Positions 27,936 through 45,600 of a stretch of DNA of 64,000 bases are shown here, piece after piece. The notes beneath the pieces are model-generated. The model did not search any database, was not told where the DNA came from, and saw only the letters and a program-made list of their open reading frames with translations. The position numbers and the translations under genes were made by a program. Position 1 is the first letter of the stretch. Every line of letters begins with the position of its first letter. Source of the DNA: the human T2T-CHM13v2.0 reference genome, Homo sapiens; NCBI RefSeq assembly GCF_009914755.1, contig NC_060929.1; one strand, 5' to 3'.

Positions 27936-28369
27936 CCTCCAGTGTGCCCCAGCCCCAGCTGGTCTGGCTCTCTCAACTCCACTGCCTGTCTGTTTGCACT
28001 TCTGGTGAAAGCATGTGGAGGTGGCGAGGGAATACAGGTTATTTACACAGACGATGCCTTTGGATGTTTGGAGATGATGTGTAAAAAAGAAAGAGGATAG
28101 TAAATCAGGGTCCTGGGGAGGAGAAAATGTGTGTGTGTTTGGATAAGGCCGACTCAGGCCCTTTCTGGTGTTTCCCAAGGGGAAGGACTTAAATAAAGAA
28201 TAGGGGACAGAAGAGATGAGAGAGAAAATGACTGATAAACTCATAATTCGATGTGGGAACTAAGAAAGAAGCAGCTTTGGAAAGGAGGAGGAACCTCTGC
28301 CTTTGAGGTAGGAAAGAGCAAAGCACAGAAATGGCTCAGGTTGGGGCAACTTTAAGAAGGAGAGGAGAG

Positions 28370-28745
<376 letters not shown>

Positions 28746-29095
28746 TCAAGGTGACTCAGCACATGTCGGGGGGATTCTGGGGCAGAGCAATAATTTGGTG
28801 GTCCTCAACTGGATCTTCTTTATTTGTCCAACAGCCATTTTGTGATGGCAAGGAGATGCCAATTTTCTCTTTAAAACATTGCATACCTATGTTTTACATA
28901 CACTGAATATAGTATATCACTTAGGTGAAATTGTCTTTCACCTCACATGTTTTCTGTAGTGTTAGGCACTCCCATTTACTACATATGGAGAATGTTACAT
29001 GGACAGTAACATTTTTTTCAAAAGGTATTTAATGGCTGTTTTGTAAAATCTCACATCCATGAGAGCAAAACATTTTCTTTAGTTCTTTGGTCCAC

Positions 29096-29431
29096 TCTCT
29101 CTCTCTCTCTTTTTTTTGAGACCGAGTCTCGCTCTGTCGCCAGGCTGGAGTGCAGTGGTGTGATCTCGGCTTACTGAAACCTCTGCCTCCTGGGTTCAAG
29201 TGATTCTTGTGCCTCAGCCTCCCAAGTAGCTGGGATTACAGTCAGGCGCCACCACACCCAGCTATTTTTTTTTTTATTTTTAGTACAGATGGGGTTTCAC
29301 CATGTTTAGTGAAACACCAGGATGTTCCACCAGGAGATCACCAGGATGGTCTTGATCTCCGGACCTCGTGATCCACCGAGCTTGGCTTCCCAAAGTGCTG
29401 GGATTACAGGTGTGAGACACTGTGCCTGGCC
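29096..29431 (-). mobile_element. AluS(c)-like with a ~31-nt internal insertion
   Basis: Reverse dimer with (CT)nTn tail; extra sequence at 29310-29340. Confidence 0.88.
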
Positions 29432-30269
29432 ATTTTTTTTTTTTTTGAGATTTTTTTTTTTTTGTCTGAACCAGACAACTTCCTAGGAGACTTATTAGAG
29501 TTAATTGCATTGAGATAATAGAGTGAGCAACTGTGACTGGTAAATGAGACTGCAGCTTGCATTGTGCAGTGTCTGTATTTCCTTAGCTCCTCAAGTGTGC
29601 CAGGATCACCAGATCTATTCCCAAGATCTGTGATTCTGTCTGCGCTGAACCATCCAAGGTGCTGGCGTCTGCCACAGAGAAAGGTCTTGTCGTGCAGAAT
29701 GCTTTTAACTTTACACATTGGTAAGAACCAGGAGTGGGCTGCCATTTGGCTGGCGATGTGAAGAGTGTCATGTGGAAAGCTGAAGTCACGGACAACATAT
29801 TGCAGATTTATTTCCCTGTTGGTTTAGTTCCCCTTTCTGATATATTGGCAGCTGTAGTAGCTGGCCCGCTCCTTCATCTGAATTTGGATGGGGTTTGGGC
29901 TCAAAATGGAATTGGTTTGCTGTCAATATTGCTGAGGATGCAAAAGGAGGTCTCTTCAAGGTAAATGAAAGGACCACAAAGCCTCAGACAGGAAGCTGCA
30001 GATCTGTGGCAAAGGCAGAGACCAGAATGATTGTCTCAAGAGGCTAGCAGGGTGAGCGTGACTGAAATGACAGGCCTTGCAGGCTCCTGTGGGGCCAGAC
30101 TTGCGTGTGGACTGATGGTGGCCGGGGGTGGGGGATGGCTGGGAAGGGAAAGAAAGAAAACTAGAAGTATAGAAGTACGGGAAGCTGTAATCAGATTTTG
30201 GAATTCTAGTCTCTATTATTGTTGTAGTGAAATCTTTTCAAAGTCTCTTTTTTTAAAGCACAGTTTGGA

Positions 30270-30560
30270 GGCTGGGTGACTCAAACTTGTAATCTCAGCA
30301 CCTTCAGAGGGTGAGGCAAGAGGATTTATTGAGGCCAAGAATTTGAGACTAGTCTGGGCAACATAGTGAGACCCCTGGGCCACATACAGAGACCCCATCT
30401 CTAACAAAATAAAAAATTAGCTGGCTGTGGTGGTGCAGCTCTAACTACTCAGGAGGCTGAGAGGGGAGGATCACTCTAGCCCAGGAGTTTGAGCTATGAC
30501 TGTGCCACTGCACTCCAGCCTGGGTGAAGAAAGAAGACTCTGTCTCTAAAAAACAAAAAA
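30270..30560 (+). mobile_element. AluJ, diverged, with a ~22-nt internal duplication
   Basis: CTGGGCAACATAGTGAGACCC repeated imperfectly at ~30355-30397. Confidence 0.82.
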
Positions 30561-32064
30561 GCAAAGTACAGTCCTATAAAATGATAATTTCAAAAACACT
30601 TGGTCTATGATATGTGAATTGCTCCGAGGACTATCACCATAAAAGTTTCATGTCACTAAAACACTTCCTGTTTCCAAATTGCCTTTGGTCTGATGTGAAC
30701 ATCCAAATTGTAATACAGTTGTGGCAACCTCCAAAATAATGCATTTCTCACATGATGGAACATGACACATCACTTTACCTTTCATTTTACTTTTTTTATT
30801 AATCATAACTGAGTAGCATTGGTCACTTATACCTATTGACGAGAGAGGCAGTCTTTCTGGATATATTTACATCTTATTAAAATCATATAATTAGCATTCG
30901 AAGAGGGAGGAGACACATCATGATGATTATGGCCATGGGTTAAGCTCCCTGGGTCTTGGTTTCCTTATTGTAAACTCCGGAGACTGATGGTGGGTGGGCT
31001 GGAGAGTTTCTAAAGCACCTTCCCCTTTTTAAATGTCTGAAAACATGACAAAAGCTAAGATGGTGTTTAGGACTGCGTTTGAATGTTTCTGATAAGCAGG
31101 CAGGAGCACAAATGTCTCAGGTTGGGATTTGTATTTGCTTGTTTTTTTTGTTAGGAAAATAGGCCATTTGTATCATTACCTCAAAAAACTCTTGTGAACT
31201 GCAAGAAGGCAATTATTGTCCATTACATGTTTAAAGCTCCCCGTAGCTGGGATGTACATTTCTAGGCTGAATACAATAGAGCTCTTTAGAGAACACTGGG
31301 AGGCCTTATATAATCAGTGTGAACAATATATTTACTCTCATTTTGTGGGATTTAGGATATGGCATTACTACTTTAAGTGATTCTGGAGGCTGTGGGTTTT
31401 GCTTCCTTGTTTGCTATGGATTGTGTGATGTTACTGATGTCCAAGATCTAGTGCAAGAACCTATGAATGGCATGTGTCTTCCCTGAAATGATTCCACTCT
31501 ATGGTCCCCGCAAGAATGGAAACTTTCCCAGGGAACTTTTTAAGGAATGTTTCAGGCCCCGATTTCTGTGGTTTTACTTATTTCCCCTTTTTGAAGCAGT
31601 CAGCTTTCAAGCATTGCCCTTCTGCTAGTGATCACTGGCATATTGCTAGCCAACATGGGTGAACCCTGAGAGTAAGAAAACCTTGCCGACTCCAACTGGA
31701 TACCCCCTTTAATGATCAGAATCCCACACTTTCCAAATCAGCATATTGATCTAATCCACAGAAATGGTGTGGTAGCCCAATTTTTCTTCTGTCTACTTCC
31801 ACCTCAGAAACTGAATTGGAATGTGTCTCCTGCTGCTTGCACTTACTGAAGGTCATAAGGAAATAGTTGATGAATTCTGGTTACCTGATATTTATTTACC
31901 AGGTCCCCTAAAACCTCATTTCTGGTGCGCAAGTCATCTGAATCCCATAGCACAATATGCTGTCATTTGATCAACCACTTCATTACCGCATATTGTGAAT
32001 AGCTGGCTTCTCATCCTGCACTAAGAAAGTCCTTAGTGCAGTCCACTTTGAAAATGGGAAATAA

Positions 32065-32383
<319 letters not shown>

Positions 32384-32536
32384 GAAAATGGGGACTAGAA
32401 ATCAAACAGAGTTCTCTTTTACTCTGTGGGTCTGAGGTTAGATACCCTGAGAATTTTTGGTACCTAGTGATGTCAAAGTTTAAGTTTTGAAGGTATGGTC
32501 TATGAGTGGCAAGTAAACAACAGGATAGGTGTAGTT

Positions 32537-32546
32537 GTGTGTATAT

Positions 32547-32582
<36 letters not shown>
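32537..32582. repeat. (TG)n(GA)n microsatellite
   Basis: Read directly. Confidence 0.9.
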
Positions 32583-32583
<1 letters not shown>

Positions 32584-33076
32584 TTGGAAAGATAGGGCTA
32601 TGAAAAGATTTTCTTTTAGCCATTTTGTTGAGTTTCCCTGTAGAAGGCATGGTTTAGAAATCATTGCACTATATTCTGATTGATAGCTTTATTAATCATA
32701 TATGTGGCTATTGTGGAGGTACATGGCCCTGCATTGTTTTTATACAGCTTCCAGGTAGGGTCTAAGCCAGGAGGAGAGTGACACACTTTCCTCCCAGAGT
32801 CTCTCTAACAAGTGTATGGTGCATGATAGAAGTGCCTCACTGTAGCTGGGAAAGCAAGATTATTATTATTATTATTATTATTATACTTTAAGTTTTAGGG
32901 TACATGTGCACAACGTGCAGGTTTGTTACATATGTATACATATACCATGTTGGTGTGCTGCACCCATTCACTCGTCATTTAACATTAGGTATATCTCCTA
33001 ATGCTATCCCTCCCCCATCTCCACACAGGCCCCGGTGTGTGATATTCCCCTTCCTGTGTCCATGTGTTCTCATTGT

Positions 33077-36357
<3,281 letters not shown>

Positions 36358-36420
36358 TATGATGTTAGCTGGTTATTTTGCTTGTTAGTTGATGCAGTTT
36401 CTTCCTAGCCTTGATGGTCT

Positions 36421-37436
36421 TTACAATTTGGCATGTTTTTGCAGTGGCTGGTACCGGTTGTTCCTTTCCATGTTTAGTGCTTCCTTCAGGAGCTCTTCTA
36501 GGGCAGGCCTGGTGGTGACAAAATCTCTCAGCATTTGCTTGTGTGTAAAGGATTTTATTTCTCCTTCACTTATGAAGCTTAGTTTGGCTGGATATGAAAT
36601 TCTGGGTCAAAAATTCTTTTCTTTAAGAATGTTGAATATTGGCCCCCACTCTCTTCTGGCTTGTAGAGTTTCTGCCAGGAGATCAGCTGTTAGTCTGATG
36701 GGCTTCCCTTTGTGGGTAACCCGACCTTTCTCTCTGGCTGCCCTTAACATTTTTTCCTTCATTTCAACTTTGGTGAATCTGACAATTATGTGTCTTGGAG
36801 TTGCTCTTCTTGAGGAGTATCTTTGTGGCATTCTCTGTATTTCCTGAATTTGAATGTTGGCCTGCCTTGCTAGATTGTGGAAGTTCTCCTGGATAATATC
36901 GTGCAGAGTGTTTTCCAACTTAGTTCCATTCTCTCCGTCACTTTCAGGTACACCAATCAGACGTAGATTTGGTCTTTTCACATAGTCCCATATTTCTTGG
37001 AGGCTTTGTTCATTTCTTTTTATTCTTTTTTCTGTAAACTTTTCTTCTTGCTTCATTTCATTCATTTGATCTTCCATCATGATACCCTTTCTTCCAGTTG
37101 ATGGAATCGGCTACTGAAGCTTGTGCATTCATCAAGTAGTTCTCGTGCCATGGTTTTCAGCTCCATCAGGTCATTTAAGGACTTCTTTGCATTGGTTATT
37201 CTAGTTAGCCATTCGTCTAATTTTTTTTCAAGGTTTTTAACTTATTTGCCATGGGTTCAAACTTCCTCCTTTAGCTCGGAGTAATTTGATTGTCTGAAGC
37301 CTTCTTCTCTTGACTCGTCAAAGTCCTTCTCCGTCCAGCTTTGTTCCGTTGCTGGTGAGGAGCTGCGTTCCTTTGGAGGAGGAAAGGCACTCTGATTTTT
37401 AGAATTTTCAGTTTTTCTGCTCTGTTTTTTCCCCAT
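36421..37436 (-). pseudogene. L1 ORF1p, disrupted
   Basis: ORF1 peptide (EIWDYVKRPNLRLIGVPE, RATPRHIIVRF); span 1016 nt is not a multiple of 3; premature stop at ~36607. Confidence 0.9.
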
Positions 37437-39014
37437 CTTTGTGGTTTTATCTACCTTTGGTCTTTGATGATGGTGACATCCAGATGGGGTTTTGGTGTGG
37501 ATGTCCTTTCTGTTTGTTAGTTTTCCTTCTAACAGTCAGTACCCTCAGCTGCAGGTCTGTTGGAGTTTGCTGGAGGTCCTCTCCAGACCCTGTTTGCCTG
37601 GGTATCAGCAGTGGAGGCTGCAGAACAGTGGATATTGGTGAACAGCAAATGTTGCTGCCTGATCATTCCTCTGGAAGTTTTGTCTCAGAGGAGTACCTGG
37701 CCGTGTGAGGTGTCAGTCTGCCCCTACTCGGGGGTGCCTCTCAGTTAGGCTGCTCGGGATTTAGGGACCCACTTGAGGAGGCAGTCTGTCTGCTCTCAGA
37801 TCTCAAGCTGCATGCTGGGAGAACCACTACTCTCTTCAAAGCTGTCAGACAGGGGCATTTAAGTCTGCAGAGGTTTCTGCTGCCTTTTGTTTGACTATGC
37901 CCTGCTCCCAGAGGTGGAGTCTAGAGAGGCAGGCAGGCCTCCTTGAGCTGCGGTGGGCTCCACCCAGTTCGAGCTTCTTGGCTGCTTTGTTTACCTACTC
38001 AAGACTCAGCAATGGCAGGCGTCCTTCCCCCAGCCTCGCTGCCACCTTGCAGTTTGATTTCAGACTGCTGTGCTAGCAATGAGCGAGGCTCCATGGGCGT
38101 AGGACCCTCCGAGCCATGCGTGGGATATAATCTCCTGGTGTGCTGTTTGCTAAGACTGTCAGAAAAGCTCAGTATTAGGGTGGAAGTGACCTGATTTTCT
38201 AGATGCTGTCTGTCACACCTTTCCTTGGCTAGGAAAGGGAATTCCCTGACTCCTTGTGCTTCCTGGGTGAGGTGATGCCTCGCCCTGCTTTGGCTCATGC
38301 TCGGTGTGCTGCACCCACTGTCCTGCACCCACTGTCCTACAATCCCCAGTGAGATGAACTCGGTACCTCAGTTGGAAATGCAAAAATCATTCATCTTCTG
38401 CATCACTCGTGCTGGGAGCTGTAGACTGGAGCTGTTCCTATTCGGCCATCTTGGCTCCACCAAAGCAAGATTATTATCCTTGTCTCCAACACTAGCATAA
38501 TGGTGGAAATCCTCCCGCAAATTTCTATGGCATGTATTTTTGACTACTTTATTTAAATACATTTGAAGTGGTACATCCTTTTTACTTTCTGCTAGAATTG
38601 TGAGGGTATTAATCATTCCATTCAGGTTTGACTTCTGAATCTAAATATAATGGCATCTTAGAATCTAGGCAGAGTGGAAGATCAACCTGGCACCAGGAAG
38701 ACCTGGGTTTGACTTTCTCTCCCCCTGGTCATTGATTGAATGACCTTCTGCAAGGTACTTTGCTTCTATGGTATCTATACACCTGGGAAAATGGTGCCTA
38801 CCCTTAAAAAAATTCACAACAAGATAATTTCAAATAGGGGTATCTACAGGGAGTTGTTTTTACATGAGTGGAATTGTAGATATAATTACTATTATTCCTC
38901 CTTCTCTCCCGAGGCCTGATTTGTCACCTGACTTCAGATGTTTCAGCCACTGCCCGTGATGTTGGACTGACCAGTAAGGCAAGGCATGATATTGTTCTTG
39001 AGGACAATGATTTC

Positions 39015-39920
39015 TAAACTAGAAGTAGTGTGAACGAACATCCCTGTCTTGTTCCTGATTATGGAGGGGAGCACATCCACTATTTTCACATGAAGTATGA
39101 TGTTAGCTGGAGGTTTTTCACAGATGCTCTTTGTCTTAATGAGGAGGCTCCTTTCTATTCCTGGTCTGCTGATAGATTTTGTGATGAATGGATATGGAAT
39201 CTTGTCATCAGTTTCGCTGCATCTATGGTGATGAGTCTATGGTTTTCTCCTTTGTTCTGTTAATGTGGCAAATTGCATTGGATAATTTTTGAATATCGAA
39301 CTAATCTTGCATTCCTAGGATGATACCCATTTGGTCATGAGGTATTATCTCTTTTATATGTTGCAGATTGCTATTTACTAATATTTAAAGACCTTTGAAT
39401 CTATGTTCATAAATGATATCAATCTGCAAATTTCTCTTTGTAATGTCTGTCAGATTTCCATATCAGGGTTAGTCTGGCTTTAGATTTTCTGAAAGACCAT
39501 GTAAGATTGATATTATTTTCATCTCAAATGTTTGATGGAACTCATTAGTAAAAGTTATCTGGGCCATCAGCTTTCTTGGTGGTAAGGTCTTTAATCACAA
39601 ATTTAATTTCCTTAATAGGTAAACTAGATAATAAATAAATTTAATAAACTCAATAAAATAAATTTAATAAATAGATATATTCAGATTTTTGTATTTATTC
39701 TTGTTCTTTCATAAATTACATTTTCCGGGAATTTGTTCATTTCCCTTAAATTGCCAAATTGATTAGTGTAATTTTTAAAATAATATGCCATTATTATCTT
39801 TTAATAACAGCTGTAGTAACTATACTGACACACCTTTAAGTCTGTTATTGATAATTTGTATTTTCTATTTTTTTCCTTGATCAACCTTTCTAGGAATTTT
39901 TAAATTTAATGAATGTTTTA
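39015..39920 (-). mobile_element. Old L1 (L1M-type) ORF2 fragment
   Basis: CATCCCTGTCTTGTTCCTGAT...GTATGATGTTAGCT...TTGCATTCCTAGGATG; heavily diverged. Confidence 0.75.
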
Positions 39921-40064
39921 AAACACAGTGTTTTCTGTTTGCTGTTTGTTAGCTCATCAGTGTCTGCTTTTGCTGTGGCTGGATGGTTGGCTAGTTTTAA
40001 TTTGTTGTGTTAGAGATCTGCTTCACAGTGCTGTTAGGGGATTATAATAGCGAATGAGAACTAA

Positions 40065-40290
40065 CAGCTAATAATAAGCTACTTACCAAACTTCCTAGGG
40101 GACAGGTCACTTCCTTTACACAGATCATCTCTAATCTTCCATACTAAATTCAGTATTATTTTACCAATTTTGCTAGGATGAAATGGAAGTTTGAAAAGGT
40201 TGCATGCCTTGCCTAGGGTCATACAACTAGCAGTAGCTGACCAGGAGTTGGGAACCTGCTGCCAGCTAAGCCTGTGAGATTTCCTCTCTA
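40065..40290 (-). mobile_element. MIR
   Basis: TTGCCTAGGGTCATACAACTAG..AG core. Confidence 0.6.
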
Positions 40291-40930
40291 CCATATTGTT
40301 TCTCTGCAGGGCTTGAAGGGATTCTGGTGAGTTCATGGATTTGATTTCTCTTGTCTCCAGCTTTTTCCTAGCCTTCCACTCTCACTCATGTGCTCCTCAG
40401 ACAGAATGTCCTCTACCCTCTGTCAGAACATATCCCTACTAATTTAAGTCCCGGTTAAACACTCAACTCCTCTTCAAAGCAAGTACCGACTCAACCTCAC
40501 CTGACTGTGATAAACTGTCCAAGTGCAGGTGTTCTGGTTCCAAGTCTGCAGATGAGGCCTGAGAGCATGATTTTATCCTTAAAGATAATTCAGTTAAGTA
40601 ATACAAATTTATTAAACACAAGTTAATTTATCATGGTTTTTAATGACTTATACTCGTCTAATTCCAAAAACTATACCAGACAGCTTAAAGCAGCATGCAT
40701 AACATTGTGCTAGACTTTATTTATATTAGTCCTTGTCCCCACAAAAATCCCATGAGGAAGGGATTATTATTCTTTTCCAAGTTCATATAATGAGGAAGGA
40801 GCAGGTTCAAATTCATGCCTCCTTTCTCCACTGCCTATGCTTTTTATCACATCCTGCCTATTTACTATTTATACCATAGAGCAAGAAAGATAATTAAAAA
40901 TATAAATCATGCAAAAGTTGTTTATAATAT

Positions 40931-41616
40931 TGAAACTGTCTTTGCAAAAGTATGATGGAGACAGTGAAAGAGATCTAACTTAACCAACTCCATCTTGCTT
41001 CTAACCTCCAAGCTGTCTTTGTTCATTCCTGGGCTTAGGCCGAACTAATTTTGGGAGAAACTTAGTTTATGGTTTAAACAAACACAGTAACAGCCCTTTC
41101 CCAAAGCAGACCTCCTTCTTGCCTGGGGACTAGATTGCCTTTGTAGGACTAACATTAGCTAGAAGATTAGAAGTTATGGTTTAGGAGTCATGCAGCTGGA
41201 GGCTTCAAGATTCTGACCCTCCCTAAACTGCTCCTAAGATCAGTGCTTGAGATATTTCGCAGACTCTGTACTTGATGGATCAGCTGGCACCACCCGGATT
41301 AATAAACTGGCCCACTGATCTTTTGGCCCTCACACAGGAACTGACTCAGAGCAAGAGGACAGCTTCAATTCCCTATGATTTCATCTCTGACCAATCAGCA
41401 CTCCTGGCTCACTGGCTTCCCTCCACCCACCGAGTTATCCTTAAAAACTCTGCTCCCCAAACGAACGCTCGGGGAGACTGATTTGAGTAATAATAAAACT
41501 CCAGTCTCCCGCAGAGCCTGCTCTGGTGAATTTTTCTTTCTCTATTGAAGTTCCCCTGTCTTGATGAATCGGCTCTGTCTAGGCAGGGGGCAAGGTGAAC
41601 CCCTTGGGCGGTTTCA
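40931..41616 (+). mobile_element. LTR8 ERV1 solo LTR
   Basis: TGAAACTGTCTTTGCAAAA..GAGACAGTGAAAGAGATCTAACTTAACC; AATAAA ~41492; 4-bp TSD ATAT. Confidence 0.9.
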
Positions 41617-42273
41617 ATATTAGTGACCAGATTCTACCTCTGTTACATTAATGTTTGGAGATTAGCACAAAAACTTGCTTTGAGCTTCCTAGTAGGAAGG
41701 AAAAAAAAAAAGAGAGACCTATGTGCTTACACATTTAAACATATTTAAACATAAATTTACGGTGGTAAATTTGATGAGGAACTTTACACTGAATTAAAAA
41801 GTCAGACTATAGTTCAATGAAAAATATTTGAAGTCACTGTTACTCAGTTTCAAAATGTTTTAAAAGTAGATTGTTTAAATCATAATCAATCCTGAATAAC
41901 ACAGTTTACTAAACGTACAGAGCTCAAATTAATAAGAAACAGCCAAATTTCTACTCACTTTGTGCTGTGTAGACCCTGCTAGTCTCCTGTGCCTATTCAA
42001 GAATCTGTGGTGGAAATACAGGCATTAGAAAGAAAAGACGTGGGTTTTCCTCCTGGAACCGTCACCTACCACCAGATGGGCACGTGGCACGTTAATTGCT
42101 GCCAAATCTCCCTTGCTTCGAGCATCCTCTACCTCTATCTCCAACCCCTTGCAAGAGTACCTTCTCTGAGCATCTCAGATTGGAGTTTCCTTCTTCCATC
42201 AGTTTCTGTTTTTCCTCTTTCCAGGATTCCTTACAGTTTATGGTCCATGGGAAGATTCCTACTCTTGTCTCTG

Positions 42274-42354
42274 AATACATATATATGTATATGTATGCAC
42301 GTACATGTGTGTGCATATATATATATTTGTAAGTATGCACATGTGTGTGTGTGT
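42274..42354. repeat. Alternating purine-pyrimidine (TA/TG/CA) tract
   Basis: Read directly. Confidence 0.8.
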
Positions 42355-43819
42355 TTCTATCATTTCTAAGGACCTGGAACAGGAGAACACTGTGTGTGCT
42401 TAGTTCACCTTCTGTACCTTTCAGAGCCTACTTTCAAATAATTACGTAAAGGAGCTGTGCAACTAGAAAGCAAAAAAAGTCCTATAAAAAATAGATTGTT
42501 TAAAGCACTGAATGAAATCCCATGCCACCCCTGCTCCTTTAATGGACAAGTTCTAGATGCCAATCTGTAGATGATGTCACCTATTTGCAGAAAAACCTAT
42601 TGATCACAAGGTCCCTAATATGTGTGTGTAATATAATAATTGTATATCACCATTTTGTCTATTGTTATATATATTTTTTGTCTTCACCTCTGGATTATAA
42701 ACTCCTCATGGGTGGAGACCCCTTTTCTAGATCTCTCAGATCCTTTTGGGAAACATATCAGAAGCAGGCCCAGGAAATTCTCACTAAATACTGGTAGACG
42801 CTAGTCTAAAGTACTTTGAGGCCATGACAGGAGACATTTAGTAAACAGGGGGGAAAAAAGATGACTTAGACGCCTGGTGGGAGAGACAAATCGTGCAAGA
42901 AGGAAACAGGCTCGGCAGCCTCGCCGTCTGCTTGCAGGACTTCTTATTTAGGCTTCAGCAACCTCAGAGGGAGAGATTACAGCGCTTCATGCTGTTCCCC
43001 TCCCCTGCCCGGTGGAAGGGACACTTGGTGGGGTCATTAGGCAGCTGTGATCTGCCATAACTCCAGGTCGGGTGGATGTTCAGGCAGATATTTGTTTTTT
43101 GAACAACCAGACAGGCTGTCTCCTGAGATCTGACCAAAACTGGAACTTGGAGGAGATTCAACTGGCTTTGGTTCAAACCAGAAAAACTGAAACAATGCTA
43201 ATAGCCCGGGAAGGAATGGCGGGAAATGCTTACTCATCTTCAGCCCGTAGTCTATAAACTCTTAGCATGAGGATTTGAGTAGCCTGGGGTCCCCTGTGGA
43301 TACCGTCACTATGCAGAATTATGAATTCAAGTTCCCTTATGGGGAAGAATGATAGCTAAAAATTTATAATAATAACATTAAGTGATATTGTACCTATGTG
43401 GACATGTCATGGCCACAGGTAAAAATGACAGCAGCGCATTCACAATGTGGAAGGTTCTTAGGCTGTAGACAATCAGACCAAACTCCCTCAAGAAATCCTA
43501 AGAATGCCATGTATTGAGTGTTGACCATGACCGAAATGTCAGGCACATCTAACTGTCTGGACTCCAGTGGGTGACAAATAAAATGTCTCTTAAGATGGAA
43601 ATAAAATGGAGGGGCGAATTGGCACGAATGTTGTTTATGTTTGTCAGTGCTTTGGAAGCAGGTGGCCTGTTCAAGCTAGTGGCAGCCTGCTGTGGCCCTG
43701 TGGACCTGGTGCCTAATCCTCGTGCATTATACAGTCTTCCATTTGTGTCAGAAGATTTCTAGCTTGCGTTAGTTTGTGCTGGCTTGAAGCACAGCACCAG
43801 GCAAATTCTATGGCTTCTA

Positions 43820-43903
43820 TGTCTCTCTGTCTCTGTCTCTCTCTGTTTCTTTCTCTTTCTGTCTCTGTCTCTCACACACTCACACACATACACACACACA
43901 CAC
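43820..43903. repeat. (TC/TG)n plus (CA)n compound microsatellite
   Basis: Read directly. Confidence 0.85.
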
Positions 43904-44399
43904 GTATGAGGGAGAGCAAGGTGGAACAGAGAATGTGGTTTAAATTTCACAGCCTCAAATGAGAACTTCTTTGTTAGTGAAAAGCAAACAGAGCAACCTG
44001 CACACAGGGTCAACGTGCTCTGGAATGCAGAATTGTTTGTCCCCAGTCAAACAGCCGCCTGATGTTGAGTTTACATGATATTTCAGCAAACCGAAACAAT
44101 GAGGACGTTTACCATTAACTCCAGGCCTTAGCCGTAAAGTCAGGATGTAGATCAGGGTCACTAACTCTGATCCTTAAGGATCTCAGCAAACGGCTCTACC
44201 CAGCTACTTAGACCAAGTCATCCAAGTTTATTAAACTCCTAGTCTTTTGCCACAGACTCCATGGATGCAAAGCTGGACAGACCCAAGCTTTTTCATAGGG
44301 CATGCCTTTAAGGACCCTGTTGAGGTCCAGCTGAAGACAGAAAAGCAAACAGTGGTGATGTGATTTTTGTTAAAGTGATATTCATTTTAAACGCAATGT

Positions 44400-45600
44400 C
44401 CAGTTTGACTATAGCAGAAGGAAGTTCAGAAAAGTTTCTAAGGGGAGGTAGCATTTGAGTTGAAACTTGAAGGAAGAGTAGAAGTTTGCCAGGATGGCAC
44501 ACTGGAGGTGATGGGGTAGGAGCGGAGGTGCATGCTGGACAGAAGGTGAAGTAAGTGAGAGGCGTGAGGAGAACAGTCATCCCAGAAACTGCTACACATA
44601 ATTTAGTATTGTCAAGGTGGAGATGGGGATGGCAGGGGATGGAGGTTGGGAAGGTGGTAGCCGGATCAGGAAGGGTGTTCTGCATAGATCAGCCTGGGTT
44701 CTCCGCCTGTGGAAGGAGGGATGCCAGTGAAATATTTTGAGCAGAGGGAAAGACTTGGCCATCTTTGCTTCTTAGAAAGATCAGTGGCCTCAGGAGGACA
44801 GGTTGCAGGGTGGGTGGCTAGAGGAGGTGATGTGGTTCTATAGGGAAAGGGAGGGCAAGTTTGCAGCGCACACTGGCTGGGAGCCTCTGAGGCCCAGTTG
44901 AATGATCAGAAACTGACACAGGTAGCTATGGGGATTGTGAGGAGGAGAGTGGGACAGTGGGAGTGGGATGGTGGTCAGCCCTGGCTCTGAGCTGCTCCAG
45001 GGCCTTACCCCTGCCTGGCTTCTGACAGCTGTTCTCCCTGCTGGACAGTGGCTTCACCACTGGCCTGGGGCAGCAGGGGCTGGATAACCAGGTCATGTCA
45101 GCTTTAAGAGGGACATCTGACATATGCTTCTCTGCAGTTTCTAGAGTTCAATGGTAGGTTTTAACAAATATTTGCTAATTCAATGGAGTCAAACTCTGGT
45201 ATATGAACTGGGAGTGCAGTCATGAAGAAATCACAGCAAAACCCTGTCCTTGAAGAACACATATTGCAGGTGATGAGACAGGAAATCAGCAATAGAAATA
45301 AAACACATAGAAAGTTAGGTGGTGAAATGTGCCATAAAGAAAAAGTTAGGTTGGGAAGGTGGTTTGCAATTTTAGATGAGGTGGCGGAGGAAGGCTTCTC
45401 TGAGCAAAGACCTTCAGGATGGAAGGGGCCATGGTTTTGAGATGTGAGAGAAAAGCATTTCAAGAAAAGGGGAGAATTTGTGCCAAGATCTCGAGCTGGG
45501 TATGCACTTAGCATATTGGGGAACAGCAAAAAGGCTGGCATGGCTGCAGGGGGAGTCTGTGGGGGCTGGGAAGTGGGGTGCTGGCACGTTGTATAGGCCC
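44400..45600 (-). mobile_element. L2 fragments
   Basis: CATTTGAGTTGAAACTTGAAGGA..; AACAAATATTTG..; GGAAGGCTTCTCTGAG..; boundaries approximate. Confidence 0.55.
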
